Shown here in pieces: positions 24,892 through 33,425 of a stretch of 37,335 nucleotides of DNA (its first letter is position 1; every line of letters begins with the position of its first letter). The translations under genes were made by a program, and so were the position numbers. The notes beneath the pieces are model-generated. The model saw only the letters and a program-made list of their open reading frames with translations. It searched no databases and had not been told where the DNA came from. This DNA is from a virus (taxonomy: Duplodnaviria; Caudoviricetes), in the IMG/VR virus record IMGVR_UViG_3300032253_000014, positions 1 to 37,335 of that record; one strand, given 5' to 3'.

Positions 24892-26499
24892 CAAAACTTC
24901 AAGTGAAGCAAGCGGATTGTTCATGTGGTAGTACGCCTCATCCACATAATCCCCGTCAAACCCGTACTCTTCTTCCTCAAATACAAGCTCTGTAGCATCA
25001 TACTGCTCCGTTATATCTTTGGCCTGCGTAGGGCCTGCACCTGGAGCGTCCGGTGTCATTATGACCGCAGTTGCGATCTGCGCAAACTCCATAGCGATAT
25101 CCGTCCAATCCATCATATACAGATCCGCAGCCATATTCTCTATTGCCACCTCCATAATAACGTCCTGTGAGGACGCAGCTACCCCTGCACCTTCTGCATA
25201 CATATCTGCAGCATTAAGATACTCGCTTGCCCCGTAGAGCATGAGAGAGGTCCGTATCTTCCGGTACACCTTCTTGAAATCATCTATGAAGTTCTGATCG
25301 ATATCAAGGGCATCCATTGCATAGATCATTGTCAAAATGTAAGGGTTTATAATCGGGATGCTGTCTATAAAGTCAATTACTTTGGAGACAAACTTTACAA
25401 ACCCTCCCAGGATCTTACCCACGAAGGTATCCCAAAACCCGCTTGTATGCTGTTCCACCCCAAGATTGATCGTCTGCTGCACCAGGGTTATAGCCTCCAA
25501 GGGCGTGAGTGCATCCCAATACGCCTCATCGATGTATAAGGAACTCCAATACCCGTCTGAATGGTAGTATGTTCCCTCTATTGTAGGGTCTACATTATAG
25601 AACGATCCGCTAGATCCTTCCGTCCAATTATTGACATAGTTCCATATCACGCCTGCAGTAGTGTTCCAATCGTATTCATTGCGCGATCTGTAACGAGTTC
25701 CGTACCGTGAGGGGGGATTTGTGAAATAGGTATTATCATCATCCCCAAGATAAATGTTCGCGTATACCTCTGCGTCAAGCACGGACCGGTCTGAAAGATA
25801 CGACACCGAAACACTTCCAAGATCGATTGATACCGTAACGGTATACTCATAATCATCCCCGTAGATATCGCGTGAACTCACAAGAAGGGGTGACGTACTT
25901 GTGATAGTGATCGTGTCCGCATGGTTCTCGAAGATCTGCGTACTGTGATAGAGATGCCCGATCGTTCGGTTTAGCTCTTCCGTTAGCAGGCCGCCATATA
26001 CCATCTCAATATCAACGGAATTTGTAGCTGCTATCTTAAGAGAAGGAAGGGGTGCGGGGGCAGCAGGTGCAGGATCATCTTTTGGTACGTTGATTACAAA
26101 AGTCTTTGATATTGTAGCCGTACTCCCCAGGGGAACGGCAGGAAAAAGGTCATCTCTGAAATGCGCCCAAAGTGCATCGAGCGTATAGAGTCTTTTTGCA
26201 ACGAGGTTTATATAAGTAGAGATATCTCCCTGGTAATATACGGCTGCAACTTCCGCTTTGGCTTCATCATCCATACCGCAAAGATCCCCTAGCCTGTTTG
26301 CCAGGTTTCCTGAAAAATCAGCCACATTGACACGCCCGCCGAAATGCGGTTTTCCATTTAAAACAGGAAGCCCTGTGCAGGCCACATACGCAGCCTTAAA
26401 TTCTCGCTTCCATTTGCGCATCCCCATAGATCCGGCAAGGATATAACGCTTATACGATCCCGCTACATCACCGTTCTTGATCCTGAGCGCAGCTGCCAT
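24889..26499 (-). CDS. Virion structural (tail/ejection) protein
   Basis: 536 aa in the structural operon, with a late hydrophobic segment and acidic C-terminus. Confidence 0.55.
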   Translation of the reverse strand: MAAALRIKNGDVAGSYKRYILAGSMGMRKWKREFKAAYVACTGLPVLNGKPHFGGRVNVADFSGNLANRLGDLCGMDDEAKAEVAAVYYQGDISTYINLVAKRLYTLDALWAHFRDDLFPAVPLGSTATISKTFVINVPKDDPAPAAPAPLPSLKIAATNSVDIEMVYGGLLTEELNRTIGHLYHSTQIFENHADTITITSTSPLLVSSRDIYGDDYEYTVTVSIDLGSVSVSYLSDRSVLDAEVYANIYLGDDDNTYFTNPPSRYGTRYRSRNEYDWNTTAGVIWNYVNNWTEGSSGSFYNVDPTIEGTYYHSDGYWSSLYIDEAYWDALTPLEAITLVQQTINLGVEQHTSGFWDTFVGKILGGFVKFVSKVIDFIDSIPIINPYILTMIYAMDALDIDQNFIDDFKKVYRKIRTSLMLYGASEYLNAADMYAEGAGVAASSQDVIMEVAIENMAADLYMMDWTDIAMEFAQIATAVIMTPDAPGAGPTQAKDITEQYDATELVFEEEEYGFDGDYVDEAYYHMNNPLASLEVL

Positions 26500-26501
26500 A
26501 T

Positions 26502-26924
26502 TTACACTACTGCAGGTACAATGGCATCGATCGCGGCAGAATACTTCGTGCTTAAGGCCGCATCGATCGATCCCGTAGCATTGGAAGTCATACCCAAAGC
26601 CTCGCCCAGGGTTTTAGCCTTGTCTATGCGCAGCTTATCATCAAAGCCTGCTGTCTGTCTTGCCGTAAGATCTGCTTTGTACGGGTGCATAAGCAGAGAT
26701 ACCGCTGTCTGCTGCCCTGAGCTTGCAATGTTCACCGCCATAGTCGTTGCCATAGAAGAGAGGTGCTTTGCCTGCTCTGCATTGGTGATACCCATATTGT
26801 CAAACTGCGCTGCTACCTTACTAAGGGCTTTTTCAAAATATCCATCAACATCCATCGTATCAGCTAGTATCTTCTTGTACGCGGTTGAGAACTTGGTAAG
26901 CTCTTCATTAAATGCTGCTGCCAT
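26502..26924 (-). CDS. Virion structural protein
   Basis: 140 aa helical protein, AAGGAG RBS, RQTAGFDD motif. Confidence 0.55.
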   Translation of the reverse strand: MAAAFNEELTKFSTAYKKILADTMDVDGYFEKALSKVAAQFDNMGITNAEQAKHLSSMATTMAVNIASSGQQTAVSLLMHPYKADLTARQTAGFDDKLRIDKAKTLGEALGMTSNATGSIDAALSTKYSAAIDAIVPAVV

Positions 26925-26934
26925 AATCTACTCC

Positions 26935-27198
26935 TTACATTTTACTAAGTGTCGCGCCGTTTATAGACGTTATGGTGATCGAGCTTGCCCCGTCTATCAT
27001 AACTTCATCCCCATCTAGCAGGATAACGCCTGTTGTAGCTGTCGCATCTTCCCAGGTGATCGTAAAAGTAACCGGACCGCCGTGCGCCTTAAGTGCTGCT
27101 TTTTGACCTACCGGGAATGTACCTGTAAGCCCTACGTTGCCTTTGCTGTAAACAAACTTGTGTACGTTCTGCCCTGCCGCGTCTTTTAAGTAATTCAT
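26935..27198 (-). CDS. Small beta-rich protein (possible decoration protein)
   Basis: 87 aa, AAGGA RBS. Confidence 0.55.
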   Translation of the reverse strand: MNYLKDAAGQNVHKFVYSKGNVGLTGTFPVGQKAALKAHGGPVTFTITWEDATATTGVILLDGDEVMIDGASSITITSINGATLSKM

Positions 27199-27217
27199 CT
27201 ATATTCCTTTTTTTGTG

Positions 27218-27664
27218 TTATGCCTGTATAAGTTCAAAATGAGGAAGATCATCAAAACTCTGATCGTCAAACTCTTTGTCGCTATCCCAATCACCGCCCC
27301 ACCGTAACAGGTGTGTGATCTCTCCCTCAGCAAACAGATCCTCTGCTGCCTGGAAGAAATGCCCTGCCATCATGTAGAAACGTGCCTTTGCCTTATGCTC
27401 ATTGTCAAAGTCAATGGGATACGGCGCAACGTCTGCCGCATAAGAGAGCGGATCTTCTTCTGTAACCTGGTGCTTTGATCGTTCATTGATCCCGTCAAGT
27501 TTGCTTTTGCCGTCATTGAAGAGCATAAGCTGTCTTTCATCTAAGCGCGCACCTTCAAGGATAGATATGTCAAACACACGCACAACCCTGTGACAGATCT
27601 TTCCAAGATCCGGGTGACACGTTTCAAGCCGTTCTGCAGATACTTTTCCAAACGCAGCCATCAT
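27218..27664 (-). CDS. Endolysin, M15-family L-Ala-D-Glu peptidase
   Basis: SKH...AADVAP Zn ligands, LRWGGDW, DLPHFE. Confidence 0.92.
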   Translation of the reverse strand: MMAAFGKVSAERLETCHPDLGKICHRVVRVFDISILEGARLDERQLMLFNDGKSKLDGINERSKHQVTEEDPLSYAADVAPYPIDFDNEHKAKARFYMMAGHFFQAAEDLFAEGEITHLLRWGGDWDSDKEFDDQSFDDLPHFELIQA

Positions 27665-28092
27665 TTACCCCCAAAGCTGATTTTGCTAAACATCCATCGT
27701 AAGCCAAATGTCGCACATACCATCCCCACAATAAGCCACATATACCAATCCGGCATTTTGGCAAGCGTCTCAAACCCCTTTAAAATGTAAGGCTGTATCT
27801 TTGGTATAAACGCGCCTATAAGAGGTATTGAAAAAAGAATTAATAGGTATTCGTCTTTCCATGATGTTTTCATCTGCTGTTGCGCTTCTCTATCCCAATC
27901 AGCCTCAGTAGTAATACCAAGCTTAGAGAGTTCAAGAACTGCATCTGCTTTCTTTACCCTGATCTCATGATCGCGCTCTGCTACTTTTTCCTCATTTAAG
28001 ACAACCAATGTCTTGCGCTTTTGCCATTCGACAATAGGCTCTTTAACAATGGACGCAATAGGTCCGAATAAAGCTTTTAACCAATTCATCAA
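27661..28092 (-). CDS. Holin-like membrane protein
   Basis: SWKDEY followed by two TM segments ending FGLR; adjacent to the endolysin. Confidence 0.7.
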   Translation of the reverse strand: MMNWLKALFGPIASIVKEPIVEWQKRKTLVVLNEEKVAERDHEIRVKKADAVLELSKLGITTEADWDREAQQQMKTSWKDEYLLILFSIPLIGAFIPKIQPYILKGFETLAKMPDWYMWLIVGMVCATFGLRWMFSKISFGGK

Positions 28093-28403
28093 TTCCCCTT
28101 CATTCTATCTTGAACAAGCCCATATATCGCATCAAGTGTCTTGTTTAGGTGGGCCATCTCTGTTACGAGCTTATCTTCTAAGTTCCTCATGCCTGTGTTG
28201 TACTCGTTCTTGTGGATGAACTTTTCATAGGCTTCTTCTTTTTTGATAAGCTCTTGAATGGCAAGTGTCTGTTCCGTGTTTACCTTTTCCAGGCACTTAA
28301 CGCGCGTCTCATGATCGCCTACTCTCATGTGATCGTGATAGATCTTAGCGATCAGTCCTATAATCAAAAGGATCGTGCTTGCCATAGGCCAGGTGATTTC
28401 CAT
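28089..28403 (-). CDS. Single-TM coiled-coil lysis-associated protein
   Basis: N-terminal TM plus heptad repeats; in the lysis cassette. Confidence 0.55.
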   Translation of the reverse strand: MEITWPMASTILLIIGLIAKIYHDHMRVGDHETRVKCLEKVNTEQTLAIQELIKKEEAYEKFIHKNEYNTGMRNLEDKLVTEMAHLNKTLDAIYGLVQDRMKGN

Positions 28404-28612
28404 TACTTACCTTCATCTTCTTCTATAGATTTTTCGCAATGCTTTTTATCAAACCAATGCAGGATCTTGCAGAGCGTATACCGCCAACCCTTGTTCCCAT
28501 CACGCACCTTCTTGCCGATCCGTGATGAGATCGTTTCGTCCGGATCGCCGTTAAATATCGTATTTGCTAGTTGATCCAAAGAGATAAACATATTCCAAAG
28601 GTAGCGTTTCAT
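28403..28612 (-). CDS. Conserved small phage protein (DQxxN...GDPDETISSR family)
   Basis: Recognisable motif often found next to tail-fibre and lysis genes. Confidence 0.7.
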   Translation of the reverse strand: MKRYLWNMFISLDQLANTIFNGDPDETISSRIGKKVRDGNKGWRYTLCKILHWFDKKHCEKSIEEDEGK

Positions 28613-28616
28613 CTGT

Positions 28617-29267
28617 TTACCACACTATCGCATCGACTTGCGTAGACGTTGTTGCTGCTGTAATAAGCTTCATCTTGCTCTGATAGTTTCCAAGAACAGG
28701 TGCATAAGCAGCTTCATAAGCGTCTGCGTTCTGTATGATCTTATCAACGAGAATCTGCTTTGTTTCACCTGCAATGGCACGCCCTGTAAGCAGTCCATCG
28801 ATCAATGGAGTCACGACTGTGTTATCTGCGTTCCAAGCTCTAGCCTGCTCTTCCTGTTTAGGCCATGATGCAAGTTCTTCATTCGGCACTTGTCCGATCA
28901 TTGCCTGAACTATCTCTTCGTGCTTTCCTACTATCTCTGATGTTTTTATTCTTTTTTTGAACGCAAGGTATTTATTTGCATCTATTTCCCAAACTTTTAA
29001 AACTGCATCAAATACAGAGTATTCGTTAGGCGCATCAACCGAATAGTTCTTTTCTAGCTGTGCATTAACAGCATCATAGATGAAGTCTAAATTAGATACT
29101 TCATTGGCTGTATTATTCTCCATCTGCTCAAAATGTTTTCCACCTGAATAGAAAATCGTCTTCACTAGAGGCGTGTCTAGCATAAATATCTCACCATTTA
29201 TTGAAACAACATTTTTCCCTGCTAAAATTAAATCAGTAGGACTTTTAGTTATTACTCTTAAGCTCAT
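28617..29267 (-). CDS. Tail fibre assembly chaperone
   Basis: C-terminal E..SWPKQEEQARAW...TPLID...VDAIVW; follows the fibre gene. Confidence 0.7.
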   Translation of the reverse strand: MSLRVITKSPTDLILAGKNVVSINGEIFMLDTPLVKTIFYSGGKHFEQMENNTANEVSNLDFIYDAVNAQLEKNYSVDAPNEYSVFDAVLKVWEIDANKYLAFKKRIKTSEIVGKHEEIVQAMIGQVPNEELASWPKQEEQARAWNADNTVVTPLIDGLLTGRAIAGETKQILVDKIIQNADAYEAAYAPVLGNYQSKMKLITAATTSTQVDAIVW

Positions 29268-30466
29268 TAAGCAATCCTTTTAATATAGGCTAGTTTTACA
29301 TAAGGAGGTATGTTTTTGCCCACTCCTGATTCACCAACAGTTGAAGTCGTTACACTTGCTGTATTTACGGTGATCGTGTGGGCGTGGTTACCGGAAGATG
29401 ATGTAACATTTGATAATCCATTAACAGAATTTCCTGTGACACCACCCGTAAAGCCTGTCTCTCCTGCGTTGGCATTGTCTAACCCTGACAAGTGTGTATG
29501 TGATCCTGTAGTATTAGAACTTGCCGTGTGCGAGTGGTTTGCCGTATGGGTATGAGCCACTACTACCGCATCAGCACTACCGCCTATTGTACCTATCGTG
29601 ACATCTGAATTTGCACCATAAATGAATCTATCAACAAGATTTGGCGTTCCATTTGTACCATCACACAAAGCCCAATTCGCAGGAATATTCGCCACTAAGC
29701 CATCGTACATGATAATGCCGCCTATAGGCGTTACATCATAGGCTTTTTTTACCGCTGCAGCTGATGCAGGCTTATTTGTCTCCGTGTTTGTAACAGAGTC
29801 TAAAACGTCTGCTATTTTTACAAATGTAGATGAGTATACAGAATCTAAATTAACAAGATCGTACCAAACAGCACCATCCGAAGAGTGCTGCCATTGAATC
29901 AAGTTGCCTGTATCAAGGCGCATATTTACTGACTCGCCTGCATCCCCTTTATCTCCTTTCCCAAACGCTGTGCCTACTGACCAATCCGCTGATGCGTCAG
30001 AGTCTTTGAAATATAGCAGGCTAGTATCTGTTGCAAGAAATGAGAATCCTCTTAGTTGCGCATCATACAGGGAACGATCTGCTGCAAAACCTTGTGCTGA
30101 AGGTTTGAACGGATCTCCTTTCTCGCCTCGTAGCCCTGAAGGTATACCAAATGTCAAAACCCCTGTTGCCGAGTTATACGTTGCCGTTGCTGTTGATCCG
30201 GGTGTAAGCGTCTGCGCAGAAGTTCCGATACCCTTGATCTCATCTGATTTTGTGAGTGCTTGCAAGGCAGAGGCCGCAGCAGCTATTTTATCCTGTGCAA
30301 CCTGTGCAGCATCGACACCGACCTGCTGCGCATCAAGTGCTACCTGATCGAAGTTAATAAGGCTTATTGTAGTATGCCATCCCTGAATCTCGTTGTATTT
30401 TAAAACTATATCCGGATACTTTATATCCCTTACGTCTTTGATCGCTGTTAAAAATTCTGCAGGCAT
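29267..30466 (-). CDS. Tail fibre protein
   Basis: Short Gly-X-Y runs, collar motif PIGGIIMY...WALCDGTNGTPNL, HxH metal-binding tip repeats, NIPPY end. Confidence 0.88.
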   Translation of the reverse strand: MPAEFLTAIKDVRDIKYPDIVLKYNEIQGWHTTISLINFDQVALDAQQVGVDAAQVAQDKIAAAASALQALTKSDEIKGIGTSAQTLTPGSTATATYNSATGVLTFGIPSGLRGEKGDPFKPSAQGFAADRSLYDAQLRGFSFLATDTSLLYFKDSDASADWSVGTAFGKGDKGDAGESVNMRLDTGNLIQWQHSSDGAVWYDLVNLDSVYSSTFVKIADVLDSVTNTETNKPASAAAVKKAYDVTPIGGIIMYDGLVANIPANWALCDGTNGTPNLVDRFIYGANSDVTIGTIGGSADAVVVAHTHTANHSHTASSNTTGSHTHLSGLDNANAGETGFTGGVTGNSVNGLSNVTSSSGNHAHTITVNTASVTTSTVGESGVGKNIPPYVKLAYIKRIA

Positions 30467-30476
30467 TATTTTCCTT

Positions 30477-30827
30477 TTATACCGTTATTGAAGTGCCGCT
30501 GCAGTCTGTAAAAGTTACAGAAGTGCCTGCGCAGCCGTTGATTGTTGGATTTGGAGTACAATTCAATATATTCATGATCCAGGCATCCAGGGCAATAACA
30601 TACTTGTCCGTATATGCTCCGTCCTGATAGTCAATAAACTCAAACAAGAGCTGCTGCTCATCCTCACTCATATCGCTCACGCAGTCCGTTGAAAACCCTT
30701 TGCGCAGCAGCTTGATAAACACATCATCAAAGATCACCACACCTGCATCATCCAGGCGTACCTCTTCGATGTAAGGATTGCGCTCAGAGTAGATCCCCTG
30801 CAGCTCTGCGTTATCGGCTCGTATCAT
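30477..30827 (-). CDS. Hypothetical structural protein
   Basis: 116 aa in the structural operon. Confidence 0.6.
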   Translation of the reverse strand: MIRADNAELQGIYSERNPYIEEVRLDDAGVVIFDDVFIKLLRKGFSTDCVSDMSEDEQQLLFEFIDYQDGAYTDKYVIALDAWIMNILNCTPNPTINGCAGTSVTFTDCSGTSITV

Positions 30828-30829
30828 AT

Positions 30830-31243
30830 TTATGCCTCGCCCGGTGTGTTGTAAAGCTTGAAGTCATAATCTTTCACGATCCGGTTATACGCTTTCTTAT
30901 AAAGGGCAATATGTTTGTTCTCACTAGCCGTTGCCGCCGCCACGAAATTAGACAGAGCATACATAAGCTCTTCGTCCATGTCGATCTTGTCCGTTCCCAC
31001 ACGCGGACTCTTTGGAAAACGAATGTACTCTTTGACACCCGCATCATTAGGGCCAAGTGCGCGCAATACCCTTGCATCCTGGCTGACGGTAATGAGAGAG
31101 AGTACCTTGAAACGGTTTGCGATCTCGATCATACCCTCATGCAAGATAGGTATGTAGATATCTATCGCCGGGCATTTGCGTTCTGCGCGTACCGTCAAGA
31201 TAGCATTGGTATGTATCATTAGCTTATCAAGTGTCATTGCCAT
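30830..31243 (-). CDS. Head-tail adaptor-like protein
   Basis: Follows the MCP; helical LHEGMIEIANRF and LMYALSNFVAA motifs. Confidence 0.6.
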   Translation of the reverse strand: MAMTLDKLMIHTNAILTVRAERKCPAIDIYIPILHEGMIEIANRFKVLSLITVSQDARVLRALGPNDAGVKEYIRFPKSPRVGTDKIDMDEELMYALSNFVAAATASENKHIALYKKAYNRIVKDYDFKLYNTPGEA

Positions 31244-31251
31244 CCTTTACA

Positions 31252-31274
31252 AGCAGCTCTGCAATAGAGCTGCT
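31252..31274 (-). terminator. Hairpin after the major capsid gene (attenuator or weak terminator)
   Basis: AGCAGCTCT-5nt-AGAGCTGCT perfect 9-bp stem, with a poor U-tract. Confidence 0.45.
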
Positions 31275-31293
31275 AAAAAAGATCCGTAGGACC

Positions 31294-32214
31294 TTAGTTG
31301 ATTAGAAGGTTTTTAACCCACACCGCCGCCAAAGGATCATCGATCTGCATTGTCATTTCAAACAAACATTGGTACGCTTCTGCATCGTACTTAGGATCGG
31401 ATACCTCAGTATCTTTCTCCTGGCGAAGAAGGACAACGTGAATAAGATCCGGACAATAGATCAAGATCTCATTCTCAGCCAAGAACGGTGATGCCTCTAC
31501 AGAGACGTTTTTCGCCCAACCTGCATCCTCGATCTCAGTAACATTGCGGTTTACCTTGTTGTCTTTCGTACCTGTACGGCGTGAAGTATCAAGGAACTCA
31601 TTGATCTTTGACTTGGTATCCGCGCCACACAGGATCATCTTGGACTCAGTAACCCCGCCCTTCCACATTGCTTTAAGCGGTGCTTCGATATGCGCCTTAT
31701 ACTCAGGAACAGCCAAGTTCAAACCATCGATCGTAGTTGAGATATAGTGACGCAAGCCGCCCATCTCACCCGCAACTGCACCCACGCCTGTAATACGCTG
31801 CACCGGACCAGTCGTTTTAAGAAGAGCATACTCAACATCAAGCGCAAGCTGATTTGTAGCTTTCTCTTTAGAACGCTCCAAAGCTTTTTTGCTTAAACGT
31901 GAAGAGGCCGCTTTTTCCGACTTGGTGATACCGTAAGATTTTTTCAAGATCTGCAGGTGGTTACGCAGCTCTACCTCAGAGATACCTTCAACGTCTGCAC
32001 GGATAGCACCTTCTAAGTGTTTGTTATCTGCGCCTGTAGTCGGTGCAGCGTCTTGATACCAAACGTGACCTGTCTTAGGATTTCCCTCAAACGGCATACC
32101 CTCATTGAGACTATCCCAAAACGGTGTTGCCCCGTTGCCTGTTGTACGAAGTACGTTGTAATAACTTTCATGATCGCTGAGGATCACTTCCGAGTCTGTG
32201 AATACGTCTGCCAT
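31294..32214 (-). CDS. Major capsid protein (DUF5309/SU10-type HK97 fold)
   Basis: TPF, NHLQILKKSYGIT, LALDVEYALL and MGGLRHYI motifs; follows the scaffold gene. Confidence 0.85.
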   Translation of the reverse strand: MADVFTDSEVILSDHESYYNVLRTTGNGATPFWDSLNEGMPFEGNPKTGHVWYQDAAPTTGADNKHLEGAIRADVEGISEVELRNHLQILKKSYGITKSEKAASSRLSKKALERSKEKATNQLALDVEYALLKTTGPVQRITGVGAVAGEMGGLRHYISTTIDGLNLAVPEYKAHIEAPLKAMWKGGVTESKMILCGADTKSKINEFLDTSRRTGTKDNKVNRNVTEIEDAGWAKNVSVEASPFLAENEILIYCPDLIHVVLLRQEKDTEVSDPKYDAEAYQCLFEMTMQIDDPLAAVWVKNLLIN

Positions 32215-32238
32215 GTTTTACCCTTGTGTTAAATTTAC

Positions 32239-32793
32239 CTAGCCCTTTGAACGGCTAAGTGCTTCTCTGCGCGATTGTCTGTCACCGCCGCGCGCCTTTT
32301 CCAAGATCCCCTCAAAAGAAGATCCGCCGCCGTTTGATCCGCTATTAACATCATCACTCGTCTCAACATTTGCCAAGTGATGCTGCCAATACAGTTCAAG
32401 ACCTTCCGCAGAAGAAACATAACGCTGCGCCCTGGCCTTGTCTGTCTTTGCCAACTCTCTAACGCCTGCAACGACCTTGTTCATATCAAAGTTAGGAATA
32501 CGCTGCTTAATATCATCCGAGGCGATACTAAGAGCTTCTTCACGCGCTTTGTCCTGCAGCATCTCTCTGTAAGCCGCGCGCTCTTCCGGTGTCAGATCTG
32601 CTTCGCCTGGATTCTCATCATCGTCCAGGTCGAGATCATCTATGCTGCCCTCACCCGGATTACCTGCACCGTCTCCCTCACCTTCACCTTCATCACCAGG
32701 ATCACCCGCTCCGCCGCCTGCTTCGTCCTCAACGATGTGAGAGATCCCGCAGAGCATAAGCGCGCTGATCCAATAGAGTAAACCGAACTTCAT
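32239..32793 (-). CDS. Capsid scaffolding protein
   Basis: Acidic Gly-rich N-region and helical core; directly upstream of the MCP. Confidence 0.7.
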   Translation of the reverse strand: MKFGLLYWISALMLCGISHIVEDEAGGGAGDPGDEGEGEGDGAGNPGEGSIDDLDLDDDENPGEADLTPEERAAYREMLQDKAREEALSIASDDIKQRIPNFDMNKVVAGVRELAKTDKARAQRYVSSAEGLELYWQHHLANVETSDDVNSGSNGGGSSFEGILEKARGGDRQSRREALSRSKG

Positions 32794-33197
32794 TACTTAG
32801 CCTTGCTCGCTGCATCTTCAAGAGCAGCAAGTTTCTCTTTTGTTTCGGCAAGCTCTTTCTCTGCCGCAAGCTTCTCCGCTTTCTCTTTCTCAGCGTTCTC
32901 TTCTGCAGCTGCTACAGCTGCTCTTGCTGTTTCGATCTCTTCGCTGCTCACTAAGCCTGCTGCAGGTGTGCCTTTGGCCTTGTTCTTCGCCTCTTCCTTG
33001 TCCTGCTTGTCGATCACCTTGCGCACTTCCGGGAACTCTTTTGCAGAGATGAACTTTGTGTGTCCGTTTACGGTTACGGCAAAGTCACCGACTGAAACCT
33101 CATTGCCTGCAGGCAGGTTGATTTCCGTATCTGTAGTACACATATTTGAAGCATGACGCTTTACGATTTTTCCGATTAGTTTGATTCTGTCTTCCAT
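32793..33197 (-). CDS. Ala/Glu/Lys-rich coiled-coil protein
   Basis: AAGGA RBS, 134 aa. Confidence 0.7.
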   Translation of the reverse strand: MEDRIKLIGKIVKRHASNMCTTDTEINLPAGNEVSVGDFAVTVNGHTKFISAKEFPEVRKVIDKQDKEEAKNKAKGTPAAGLVSSEEIETARAAVAAAEENAEKEKAEKLAAEKELAETKEKLAALEDAASKAK

Positions 33198-33209
33198 TGT
33201 TTTTTCCTT

Positions 33210-33425
33210 TTATTTAGATTGAATTTGTGGCTGCCGCTTCGAGATCAAGTTCATTGATACTTTGATCCCCTGCGCCTTCGCCAAGGTCGATAAGACCTTC
33301 TCCTGGTCCGACTCCGACTGACTCGCCGCCGTCTCCAACAACTCCGTCCTCTTCTCCTGCAGCATTTTCAGCAGGCCCTCCTGCTCCATCAGATCCCATA
33401 ATTCCTCTGAAAAGTTTTTCGACAT
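33210..33425 (-). CDS. Small helical protein nested out of frame in the portal 3' end
   Basis: AGGAG RBS about 9 nt upstream; the portal frame here is a Gly/Glu low-complexity tail. Confidence 0.65.
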   Translation of the reverse strand: MSKNFSEELWDLMEQEGLLKMLQEKRTELLETAASQSESDQEKVLSTLAKAQGIKVSMNLISKRQPQIQSK

